IMG/VR virus record: IMGVR_UViG_2531839579_000009
Strand: one strand, 5' to 3'
Length of the DNA stretch: 13,974 nucleotides
Source: a virus
Taxonomy: Duplodnaviria > Heunggongvirae > Uroviricota > Caudoviricetes
Shown here: positions 1 through 8,465 of the stretch, piece after piece
How positions within the stretch are numbered: position 1 is the first letter of the stretch
Layout of the letters: each line of letters opens with the position of its first letter
Made by a program: the position numbers and the translations under genes
The notes under the pieces: model-generated
Told to the model about the DNA's origin: nothing
What the model saw: the letters and a program-made list of their open reading frames with translations, nothing else
Databases searched by the model: none

Positions 1-1577
1 CGTGGAAAATTGTCCGTAAAGGCAGGCATCAAGTTCCTGCTCCGACATGCCTGCGGGCAAAGGCCACGAAAGGCCAGCTCTCCGAAAGCGCACGAACATA
101 CTACAAACTGTTGATTTTGGTACACCCAGGCGACGCCCGGCCACAACCCGGGGTAAATGTTCTTCAAAGTGAAGACGTAAAGCTTCAGTGATCCAGGTCC
201 GGTGTTTCATACGATAGTGTCCATTAAAAATGATGGACATTATTTTTGTAGAGCCGGAGGAAACAGACCAGACGGTTTAAATGAGCCGGTTACAAAGCCA
301 GTGAGGCGGCGTATCTACTTTGCCCGCACTGCAGCGGCATTATCACTGCGGAGAAAAAGCGTGAGCTCAATAGTGCAGGAGTCTGGTTGCGTGAAGGGCA
401 GGTCATTGATCGTAACGGCAACGTTTCCGGTGAACCGCGCCGCTCCCGTATCGCCAGTTTCTGGATGGAAGGGCCAGCTGCTGCGTATCAGACCTGGGCG
501 CAACTGGTTTACAAATTACTGACTGCAGAACAGGAGTATGAAGCGACAGGAAGCGAAGAAACACTCAGGGCGGTTATCAACACCGACTGGGGATTGCCTT
601 ATCTTCCTCGTGCCAGCATGGAGCAACGAAAAAGTGAATTGCTTGAGCAGCGGGCAGAGCCAGTTCCTTCCCGCAGTGTGCCGGATGGCGTTAATTTCCT
701 TGTGGCGACAGTGGATGTGCAGGCGGGACGTCATCGCCGTTTTGTGGTTCAGGTAACGGGCTATGGCAGCCGTGGCGAACGCTGGATTATTGATCGTTAC
801 AACATCACGCAGTCATTGCGCGGTGACAGCGACGGGGAGAGCCAGCGAATTGATCCGGCCAGCTATCCGGAAGACTGGGATGTCCTGCTGACGGATGTTT
901 TTCATAAAAGCTGGCCGCTGGCCTCCGATCCTTCTCAACAAATGCGACTGATGGCAATGGCGGTGGACTCCGGCGGTGAAGACGGGGTCACTGATAATGC
1001 CTATAAATTCTGGCGTCGTTGCCGTCGTGATGGCCTTGGTAAACGTATTTACCTGTTTAAGGGCGACAGCATCCGGCGCGCAAAACTGATCACCCGTACA
1101 TTCCCTGATAACACCGGACGAACGGGCCGACGGGCGCAGGCCGCAGGTGATGTGCCGCTCTGGCTTCTTCAGACGGATGCCCTGAAAGATCGGGTGAATA
1201 ACGCGTTATGGCGTGACTCGCCAGGTCCCGGCTATGTGCATTTCCCTGACTGGCTGGGGAGCTGGTTTTACGACGAACTGACGTATGAAGAGCGGAGCAG
1301 TGACGGGAAATGGAGTAAGCCGGGTCGCGGTGCCAACGAAGCTTTTGACCTGATGGTGTATGCCGAGGCTCTGGTCATTCTGCATGGATACGAAAAGATC
1401 CGCTGGCCGGATGCACCGGAGTGGGCGAGCCGGGAAACCTGGCTGGAGTGTGTCCCGGACAGTACCGAACCGTCACCCTCACCGGAACCGGTATCCACGC
1501 CTGTTAAAAAACAAAAACGGAAGAAAACAGTAACTGACGATGTTAACCCCTGGCTGACTTCCGGAGGATGGTTATGA
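1..1577 (+). CDS. A: Terminase large subunit (lambda gpA-like), 5'-partial at window edge. Intact frame only from about 286 to 1577; homologous upstream segments lie in other frames.
   Basis: ORF 387..1577 translation (…WLREGQVIDRNG…FLVATVDVQAGRHRRFVVQVTGYG…WIIDRYNI…) aligns with the C-terminal half of lambda gpA as I recall it. A CPHC motif is in the same frame at about 313-324, upstream of the first ATG. Frames 0 and 1 are both open in different parts of 1-300. Confidence 0.8.
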
Positions 1578-1786
1578 ACCAGAATGATATCGAAGCCATG
1601 ATTCAGCGTTATACGGAAGCTGAAATGGCGGTGCTGGACGGAAAATCCGTCACCTTTAATGGTCAGCAGATGACAATGGAAAACTTATCTGAGATCCGAC
1701 AGGGACGGCAGGAGTGGGAGCGCCGCCTTGCGGCTCTGATTACACGACGACGGGGGCATCCCGGGTACCGGCTGGCGAGGTTCTGA
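1574..1786 (+). CDS. W: Head-tail joining / head completion protein (lambda gpW-like)
   Basis: About 70 aa with a C-terminal RRRG motif as in lambda gpW (…QRRRGPAGFYV). GGAGGA at 1563-1568 lies 6 nt upstream of ATG 1574. The start overlaps the terminase stop (ATGA) and the stop overlaps the portal start (TGATG). Confidence 0.75.
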   Translation: MNQNDIEAMIQRYTEAEMAVLDGKSVTFNGQQMTMENLSEIRQGRQEWERRLAALITRRRGHPGYRLARF

Positions 1787-3292
1787 TGGCAATTCTTGAT
1801 GATGTGATTGGCGTTTTTTCACCAGGATGGAAAGCGGCAAGGCTGCGTTCCCGTGCGGTGATCCAGGCTTATGAGGCCGTAAAAACGACGCGGACACACA
1901 AAGCCCGACGGGAGAACAGAACTGCCGACCAGTTAAGCCAGTACGGGGCCGTGTCGTTACGTGAGCAGGCCCGTTACCTTGATAACAACCACGATCTGGT
2001 TATTGGTGTATTTGACAAGCTGGAAGAACGGGTGGTGGGGAAAAACGGGATTATTGTCGAGCCACATCCGGTATTACGCAATGGGGCCATTGCCCGTGAT
2101 CTGGCAGCGGAGATACGTACCCGATGGAGTGAATGGTCTGTCAGCCGGAGTCACCGGGCAGTTTACCCGTCCGATGCTGGAACGTCTGATGCTGCGTACC
2201 TGGCTGCGCGATGGTGAGGTGTTTGCCCAGATGGTTTCCGGGCGCATAAACAGCCTGACGCCTTCTGCCGGTGTTCATTTCTGGCTGGAGGCGCTCGAGC
2301 CGGACTTTATTCCCATGACCAGTGATGAGAGCAACAGGCTGAATCAGGGCGTGTTTGTTGATGACTGGGGGCGTCCCGAAAAATATCTGGTGTATAAAAG
2401 TCGTCCTGTATCCGGACGGCAGATGGAAACCAAAGAAGTGGATGCAGAGCGAATGCTGCATCTTAAATTTGTTCGCCGTCTGCACCAGATGCGCGGGACG
2501 TCTTTATTGTCCGGTGTGCTGATCCGCCTCAGCGCCCTGAAAGAGTATGAAGATTCTGAGCTGACTGCAGCAAGGGTCGCCGCTGCTCTGGGGATGTACA
2601 TCCGCAAAGGCGACGGACAGAGCTATGAAACGGATGGTAATTACAGCAAGGAGAAGGAACGCGAGCTTACCATTCAGCCAGGCATTATTTACGATGATCT
2701 GAAACCCGGCGAAGAAATCGGAATGGTGAAGTCGGATCGCCCCAATCCTAACCTTGAAACTTTTCGTAATGCTCAGTTGCGTGCCGTGGCGGCGGGCAGT
2801 CGTCTGAGTTTTTCCAGTACAGCGCGCAACTATAACGGCACTTACAGCGCCCAGCGTCAGGAGCTGGTTGAATCCACTGATGGCTACCTGATCCTGCAGG
2901 ACTGGTTTATTGGTGCCGTCACCCGCCCGATGTATCGTGCATGGCTGAAACAGGCTGTGGCATCCGGTGTTATCAGGCTACCCCGCGATCTTGACCGTTC
3001 TTCACTGTATACCGCGGTGTATTCCGGACCAGTGATGCCGTGGATTGACCCTGTTAAGGAGGCTGAGGCCTGGAAAATCCAGATTCGTGGTGGAGCGGCG
3101 ACAGAATCAGACTGGGTACGTGCTGGTGGTCGTAATCCGGATGATGTCAAACGTCGGCGCAAGGCCGAAATTGATGAAAACCGCAAGCTGGACCTAGTAT
3201 TTGATACCGATCCGGCCAGTGATAAAGGAGGCAGTAGTGCCGCAACGAAACGACAGGAGCCGCAGCACACCGACGACCAGTCCGAAGATTAA
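1786..3292 (+). pseudogene. Phage portal protein, reading frame broken near 2140-2155 in this sequence
   Basis: ORFs 1714..2217 (frame 1) and 1961..3292 (frame 2) together form one portal-sized protein of about 500 aa. The switch occurs within agccggagtcaccggg. Position directly after gpW and before the prohead protease fits a portal. Confidence 0.8.
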
Positions 3293-3305
3293 TTCCTGGT
3301 TCAGG

Positions 3306-5264
3306 ATGCAGGCTGGTCACCAGAGTGACGCGGATATTTATATTTATGACGAGATTGGTTTCTGGGGTGTTACAGCGAAGCAGTTTATCAGTGATCTGAA
3401 TGCACTGGGCGATATCACCCACATTAATCTCCATATTAATTCACCGGGTGGCGATGTCTTTGAAGGCATCGCCATTTTTAATGCGCTGAAAACACATGGT
3501 GCGTCCATTACCGTTTATGTCGACGGTGTGGCGGCGTCAATGGCGTCGGTCATTGCGATGGTGGGAAATCCGGTCATTATGCCGGAAAACACCTTCATGA
3601 TGATTCATAAACCATTTGGCTTTACGGGCGGTGATGCGGAGGACATGCGCACCTATGCCGACCTGCTCGATAAAGTTGAGGCGGTTCTGTTACCCGCTTA
3701 TGCACAGAAAACCGGGAAAACCACCGATGAAATTGCTGCCATGCTGGCGGATGAGACCTGGATGTCCGGTGCCGAATGTCTGGCACAGGGATTTGCTGAT
3801 CAGGTGACGCCAGCCGTTAAGGCAATGGCATGTATTCAGTCAAAACGTACAGAGGAATTTAAAAAGATGCCGGAATCCATTCGAAACATGATTACTCCGC
3901 CACGCAACAGTGCTCCACGCGTACAGGATGATGAACCTGCAGCCTCCCGGACGCCAGTGCAGGCAGCAGCACCCGTGGTGGATGAAAACAGTATCCGTGC
4001 GCAGGTACTGGCAGAGCAAAAAGCGCGTGTAAACGGTATTAATGATCTGTTTGCCATGTTTGGCGGGCGTTATCAGACGCTGCAGGCTCAGTGTCTTGCC
4101 GATCCTGAATGTTCGCTGGAACAGGCCCGCGAAAAGCTGTTGAACGAGATGGGGCGCGAGTCCACGCCATCCAATAAAAATACCCCGGCTCATATTTATG
4201 CCGGTAACGGTAATTTTGTGGGGGACGGGATCCGCCAGGCGCTGATGGCGCGTGCCGGATTTGAAAAAACCGAACGTGATAATGTCTACAACGGGATGAC
4301 CCTGCGTGAATATGCCCGTATGTCACTGACTGAACGGGGTATTGGGGTTTCCAGTTATAACCCGATGCAGATGGTCGGTGCGGCGTTCACACACAGTACG
4401 TCTGACTTCGGTAATATTCTGCTGGATGTTGCGAACAAAGCCATTCTGCAGGGCTGGGAAGATGCCCCTGAAACCTATGAACAGTGGACGCGGAAAGGTC
4501 AGTTGTCTGATTTTAAAATTGCCCATCGTGTGGGTATGGGGGGCTTCAGTGCTCTGCGTCAGGTGCGTGAAGGGGCGGAATATAAATACGTCACCACCGG
4601 AGATAAACAGGCCACTATTGCACTGGCGACCTATGGCGAGCTGTTCAGTATCACCCGTCAGGCCATTATCAATGATGATCTGAATATGCTGACCGATGTC
4701 CCGATGAAACTGGGCCGTGCGGCGAAATCCACTATTGCCGATCTGGTTTATGCCATTCTGACGTCTAACCCGAAAATCTCCACAGATAATGTAAGTCTGT
4801 TCGATAAAGCGAAACATGCAAACGTACTGGAGAGCGCTGCAATGGACGTGGCATCGCTGGATAAAGCCCGCCAGTTGATGCGCGTTCAGAAAGAGGGGGA
4901 GCGTCATCTGAATATTCGTCCTGCGTTCGTACTGGTACCGACGGCGATGGAGTCTGTTGCTAACCAGGTCATTCGCTCCTCAAGTGTCAAGGGGGCTGAC
5001 ATTAACGCCGGTATTATTAACCCGGTGAAAGATTTTGCGACCGTTATTGCAGAGCCTCGTCTTGATGATAACAGCCTGACCACCTTCTACCTGGCTGCGT
5101 CAAAAGGCTCCGATACGATTGAAGTGGCTTATCTCAACGGTGTGGATACGCCATATATTGATCAGATGGAGGGCTTCAGTGTGGATGGCGTGACAACGAA
5201 AGTGCGTATTGACGCCGGTGTCGCGCCAGTTGATCACCGCGGTCTGGTGAAATGTACGGCGTAA
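3306..5264 (+). CDS. Fused prohead protease (ClpP/S14-like) - linker/scaffold-like region - major capsid protein (Mu gpT-like), single 652-aa ORF
   Basis: The N-terminal ~170 aa (…INSPGGDVFEGIAIFNALK…VDGVAASMASVIAMVG…) looks like a ClpP-family serine protease core. The middle is a low-complexity Q/A/E-rich segment. The C-terminal ~350 aa resembles Mu-like major head subunits. ATG 3306 is in frame, just after the portal stop at 3290-3292. No internal stop. Confidence 0.8.
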   Translation: MQAGHQSDADIYIYDEIGFWGVTAKQFISDLNALGDITHINLHINSPGGDVFEGIAIFNALKTHGASITVYVDGVAASMASVIAMVGNPVIMPENTFMMIHKPFGFTGGDAEDMRTYADLLDKVEAVLLPAYAQKTGKTTDEIAAMLADETWMSGAECLAQGFADQVTPAVKAMACIQSKRTEEFKKMPESIRNMITPPRNSAPRVQDDEPAASRTPVQAAAPVVDENSIRAQVLAEQKARVNGINDLFAMFGGRYQTLQAQCLADPECSLEQAREKLLNEMGRESTPSNKNTPAHIYAGNGNFVGDGIRQALMARAGFEKTERDNVYNGMTLREYARMSLTERGIGVSSYNPMQMVGAAFTHSTSDFGNILLDVANKAILQGWEDAPETYEQWTRKGQLSDFKIAHRVGMGGFSALRQVREGAEYKYVTTGDKQATIALATYGELFSITRQAIINDDLNMLTDVPMKLGRAAKSTIADLVYAILTSNPKISTDNVSLFDKAKHANVLESAAMDVASLDKARQLMRVQKEGERHLNIRPAFVLVPTAMESVANQVIRSSSVKGADINAGIINPVKDFATVIAEPRLDDNSLTTFYLAASKGSDTIEVAYLNGVDTPYIDQMEGFSVDGVTTKVRIDAGVAPVDHRGLVKCTA

Positions 5265-5287
5265 ACGTCGCAGACAACAACTCTGAT

Positions 5288-5307
5288 GGCCCGTAAGGGC
5301 TTTTTTT
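5288..5307 (+). terminator. Rho-independent terminator-like hairpin after the capsid gene
   Basis: GGCCC-GTAA-GGGC stem with a GNRA tetraloop, followed by T7 (5301-5307), 24 nt downstream of the capsid stop at 5262-5264. Confidence 0.5.
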
Positions 5308-5318
5308 GTACCTGAAAT

Positions 5319-5337
5319 CAGCCCCTGAACGGGGCTG
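5319..5337 (+). promoter_or_regulatory. Perfect 7-bp stem-loop (CAGCCCC-TGAAC-GGGGCTG) immediately upstream of the RBS of the next gene
   Basis: Read directly from the sequence. It lies between the terminator-like hairpin and GGAG at 5341-5344. Confidence 0.4.
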
Positions 5338-5350
5338 TGCGGAGACAGTT

Positions 5351-5674
5351 ATGGCAAAGAATTTTGTAGAAGAAGGAAAAACGGTGGCGATTGTTGCCAG
5401 TGCAGCCATCAGCAGTGGAGATCTGGTGCAGGTGGGTGATGTTTTTGCGGTAGCGCTGACCGATATTCCACAGGGTGAAACAGGCGACGGCCTGACCGAA
5501 GGTGTGTTTATGCTGCCTAAGCTGAAAACGGATGACATGAAAACGGGTAAGAAGGTTTATCTGAAGTCCGGAAAAGTTCAGTTGACTAACAGCGGCTCTG
5601 ATCCGCTGGTCGGGGTTGTCTGGGCAGATGCCGGAACCAGTGCAGAAGAAGTGCCGGTAAAACTCAATGTCTGA
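5351..5674 (+). CDS. DUF2190-like small head protein (putative head decoration/cement protein)
   Basis: 107 aa starting MAKNFVEEGKTV…, which I recognise as typical of the DUF2190 family that follows ClpP/Mu-gpT-type capsid genes. GGAG sits 6 nt upstream of ATG 5351. ORF 5306..5674 has an earlier in-frame ATG but no RBS. Confidence 0.65.
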   Translation: MAKNFVEEGKTVAIVASAAISSGDLVQVGDVFAVALTDIPQGETGDGLTEGVFMLPKLKTDDMKTGKKVYLKSGKVQLTNSGSDPLVGVVWADAGTSAEEVPVKLNV

Positions 5675-5942
5675 TCCCTTTTCCCGGCTGGCAGCGCGTA
5701 TGGATGCGATCACGGTTAGAAAGATGGGAAAGACAGCCTCGATTAATGATGCCGATATGACTGTGATCCCGGGAGAAACACTGGCAGAGCTGAATGCTCT
5801 GTCCGGACCTGCGGTATCTCTGGTGGTGTTTTCTTCGGGATACCGCCCACGGCGCGGGGATCGCGTTGTTTATGACGGACAACAATGGACGGTCACACGG
5901 CATGAACGTTTTAACGGTAAGCCAATGATCTTTATTGAGTAA
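5667..5942 (+). CDS. FII: Head-tail attachment protein (lambda gpFII-like)
   Basis: 91 aa with a C-terminal …RRGDRVVYDGQQWTVTRHE… resembling the lambda gpFII RRGD region. Start overlaps the upstream stop (ATGTCTGA), suggesting translational coupling. Sits directly before gpZ as in lambda. Confidence 0.55.
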   Translation: MSDPFSRLAARMDAITVRKMGKTASINDADMTVIPGETLAELNALSGPAVSLVVFSSGYRPRRGDRVVYDGQQWTVTRHERFNGKPMIFIE

Positions 5943-5953
5943 AGAGGTGTGGG

Positions 5954-6535
5954 ATGAAGGGGCTTGAGAATGCTATCCGCAATCTGAACAGCCTTGATAC
6001 CCGTATGGTGCCACAGGCCAGCGCATGGGCGATAAACCGTGTGGCACAGAAAGCGGTCTCGGTCGCCACCCGGCAGGTTGCCGGGAATACCGTTGCGGGA
6101 GATAACCAGGTGAAAGGGATCCCCCTGAAACTGGTACGTCAGCGTGTCCGGGTGTTTAAAGCCAGTCCGTCAGGAAAAATGACGGCCAGGATCCGCGTTA
6201 ACCGGGGCAATCTGCCCACCATCAAGCTGGGGACAGCCCGGGTCAGACTGGCCCGGCGTGGTGGAAAACTGCAGTACCGTGGCAGTATTCAGCAACTGGC
6301 GAATGGCCGCTGGCATGTTCTGAGGCGTCTTCCTGAAGCGCGTTTTGCAACAGGGCATGTGATGCGGCGTATTGATGGCAAAAATCGTTACCCCATTGAT
6401 GTGGTGAAAGTCCCGCTGTCCGGACCGCTGACACAAGCATTTGAAGATGCCCGCGACCGCATTATTGCTGCGGAAATGCCGAAACAGCTGGGGTATGCAC
6501 TGAAACAACAACTGAGGTTATGGCTGACCCGATGA
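5954..6535 (+). CDS. Z: Minor tail protein Z (tail completion)
   Basis: 193 aa. MKGLENAIRNLNSL…NGRWHV…KNRYPIDVVK…LGYAL…QLR matches lambda gpZ (192 aa) along its length. AGAGG sits 6 nt upstream. Confidence 0.9.
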   Translation: MKGLENAIRNLNSLDTRMVPQASAWAINRVAQKAVSVATRQVAGNTVAGDNQVKGIPLKLVRQRVRVFKASPSGKMTARIRVNRGNLPTIKLGTARVRLARRGGKLQYRGSIQQLANGRWHVLRRLPEARFATGHVMRRIDGKNRYPIDVVKVPLSGPLTQAFEDARDRIIAAEMPKQLGYALKQQLRLWLTR

Positions 6536-6931
6536 ACCGACATACACAAATCCGCCAGGCCGTACTGGCACGCCTTCGGAACAGTGTGGAGACAGCGCCA
6601 CGTTTTTTGACGGGCTTCCGGCATTTTTGATGCGCAGGAACTGCCTGCCGTGGCGGTGTGGCTGAGTGATGCTCAGTACACCGGAAAAATGACGGATGAA
6701 GATGACTGGCAGGCTGTTCTGCATATTGCTGTCTTCATCCGGGCACAGGCACCGGATTCAGAGCTGGATATGTGGATGGAGAGCACCATTTTCCCGGCTC
6801 TGAATGATATACCGGCACTTTCCGGACTCATCGACACCCTGATCCCTCTCGGTTTTAACTATCAACGTGATAATGAGATGGCCACCTGGGCGATGGCGGA
6901 AATCACGTACCAGATCACGTACACGAATTAA
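6532..6931 (+). pseudogene. U: Tail terminator protein U, frame broken twice (about 6600 and 6626) in this sequence
   Basis: N-terminus MNRHTQIRQAVLARL… is in frame 1 to 6600, TFFDGLPAF in frame 0 (6600-6626), and FDAQELPAVAVWLSDAQYTG…DSELDMWMES…ITYQITY in frame 2 to the stop at 6929-6931. Each piece matches lambda gpU. The second break is in a T5 run. Confidence 0.85.
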
Positions 6932-6941
6932 GGAGGTGGTA

Positions 6942-7681
6942 ATGACCACACCAAATCCACTGGCAAAAACGAAAGGTGCGGGAACGACGTTCTGGATGTA
7001 ACCGGCAAGGCGATGCGTTTGCGAACCCTTTTCGGACACTGACTGGTGCGTCTTGCGATGGTGAAGGATCTGCAACCTGGCGAAATGACCGCTGATGCAG
7101 AAGATGACACTTATCTCGATGATGAAGATGCAGACTGGAAAACGACAACCCAGGGGCAGAAATCCGTCGGTGATACTTCGGCGACGCTGGCCTGGCGTCC
7201 GGGGGACAGCGGGCAGAAAAAACTGGTTCAGTTGTTCGACTCCGGTGAAGTCTGCGCGTTTCGTATCAAATATCCCAACGGTACTGTTGATGTTTTCCGT
7301 GGCTGGCTGAGTTCACTGGGTAAAACCATTGCCTCAAAAGACGTGATGACCCGCACCGTGAAAATCAGCGGTGTGGGGCGTCCGTATCTGGCAGAGGAAG
7401 GCACTGAAACCGTGGGCGTTACCGGGCTGACGGTGGCACCGGCATCTGCCAGTGTAAAAGTGGGAGCAACCACCACGCTGACCTTTACAGTAAAACCTGA
7501 CGGAGCCAGTGACAAAGCGATCAGTGTGCATTCGACAGATCCACAGACTGCCACGGTGACCCTGAACGGGCTTGTGGCCACGGTGAAAGGCGTGAAGCAG
7601 GGCAGTGTCAGCATTGTGGGCATGACTTCTGACGGCGATTTTGTGGCCGTGGCTGCGGTGGCTGTCAGCGCCGCAGGTTAA
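6942..7681 (+). pseudogene. V: Major tail tube protein V with C-terminal Ig-like domain; four frame breaks within 6998-7049
   Basis: AGGAGG at 6931-6936, ATG 6942. MTTPNPLAKTKGAGTTFWM runs into a stop at 6999. Homology to lambda gpV then continues in frame 2, frame 1, frame 0 and back to frame 2 from 7049 to the stop at 7679-7681. Confidence 0.85.
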
Positions 7682-7701
7682 CAGGACGATACTCATCATT
7701 T

Positions 7702-7725
7702 GCCCCGGTTATCCGGGGCTTTTTT
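7702..7725 (+). terminator. Rho-independent terminator after gene V
   Basis: GCCCCGG-TTAT-CCGGGGC (7-bp GC-rich stem) followed by T6, 21 nt after the V stop. Confidence 0.7.
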
Positions 7726-7741
7726 GCAGGTGGAGAACATG

Positions 7742-8128
7742 ATGTTTCTGAAACAGGGCTCGTTTAATTATGAAAAGCAGTCCGTGGTGCTCAGTGAGCT
7801 GTCCGGGCTGCAGAGAATTGAATATCTGGCGTTTGTTCAGCAGCGAACGGCAAAGTTTGATGCCGAAGAGGGAGAACTGCCGGAGGCTGAACGACAGATT
7901 GCTTTTCTGCGGATGGGGATGGATATCAATGCCTGGCTGGTTTCCCGCTCACTGTGGAATGCGGATCAGTCTAAGGATGTAGAGACGCTTTGCGCATCCG
8001 TTATTACAACATGGTCGTATGATGCCCTGGGTGCGGGGGCGGAGATGGTTCTGTCGCTGAGCGGTATGGGGGCCATTGATAATGCCGGGGATGATGAGCA
8101 TGAGGCGCTGACGCCGGAAAAGTCCTGA
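7742..8128 (+). CDS. G: Tail assembly chaperone G
   Basis: MFLKQGSFNYEKQSVVLSELSGLQRIEYLA… matches the lambda gpG N-terminus (MFLKTESFEHNGVTVTLSELSALQRIEHLA…). GGAG sits 6 nt upstream of ATG 7742. Stop at 8126-8128. Confidence 0.85.
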   Translation: MFLKQGSFNYEKQSVVLSELSGLQRIEYLAFVQQRTAKFDAEEGELPEAERQIAFLRMGMDINAWLVSRSLWNADQSKDVETLCASVITTWSYDALGAGAEMVLSLSGMGAIDNAGDDEHEALTPEKS

Positions 8129-8465
8129 CGCGGGAAATGCAGTTTGTCATGCGGCTTGCCCGGGAGTTCCGGCGGGCAGACTGGCGGCGGATGCTGTCGG
8201 AAATGTCGGCCACTGAGCTTGGTGAGTGGGGCGATTATTTCCGGATGCAGAGCTTCAGTGATGTGTGGATGGATGCGCAGTTTGCCTCGCTGAAGGCATT
8301 GATCGTGAGAATGGTGTCCGGCAGCAGTGATGCTGCGGTGGCTGATTTCAGCCTTTTACCGGAAGAGAACGGGATACCGGAGCGAACGGACGAAGAACTG
8401 ATGCATCTTGGGAAGGTATTTCCGGAGGTGTGCGTTATGGACCAGATAGCCAACCTGGTCATTGA
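8104..8465 (+). CDS. T: gpT segment of the G-T tail assembly chaperone (expressed only as a G-T fusion by -1 frameshift). 3' end uncertain: as written the frame reads through into H.
   Basis: The -1 frame relative to G encodes …REFRRADWRRMLSEMSATELGEWGDYFRMQSFSD…, which I recognise as gpT-like. There is no stop in this frame before 9615. A plausible gpT C-terminus (…GGVRYGPD… with stop at 8463-8465) is in another frame from about 8410. Confidence 0.5.
8116..8122 (+). promoter_or_regulatory. Candidate -1 programmed ribosomal frameshift site (G GAA AAG) for the G-T fusion
   Basis: Heptamer in the G frame 4 nt before the G stop. The -1 frame is open from 8104 and encodes a gpT-like sequence. 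Lambda uses G GGA AAG at the equivalent place. Confidence 0.5.

Noticed and set aside
3616-3807. Small plus-strand ORFs in alternative frames within the capsid, H and G genes (e.g. 3616..3807, 7770..7982, 8525..8734)
   Set aside because: Nested out-of-frame ORFs within genes whose main frame has clear homology. No evidence of overlapping genes.
4323-4907. 194-aa ORF on the minus strand inside the capsid gene
   Set aside because: Lies entirely antisense to a well-supported plus-strand coding region. No RBS and no recognisable protein features. Typical antisense shadow ORF.
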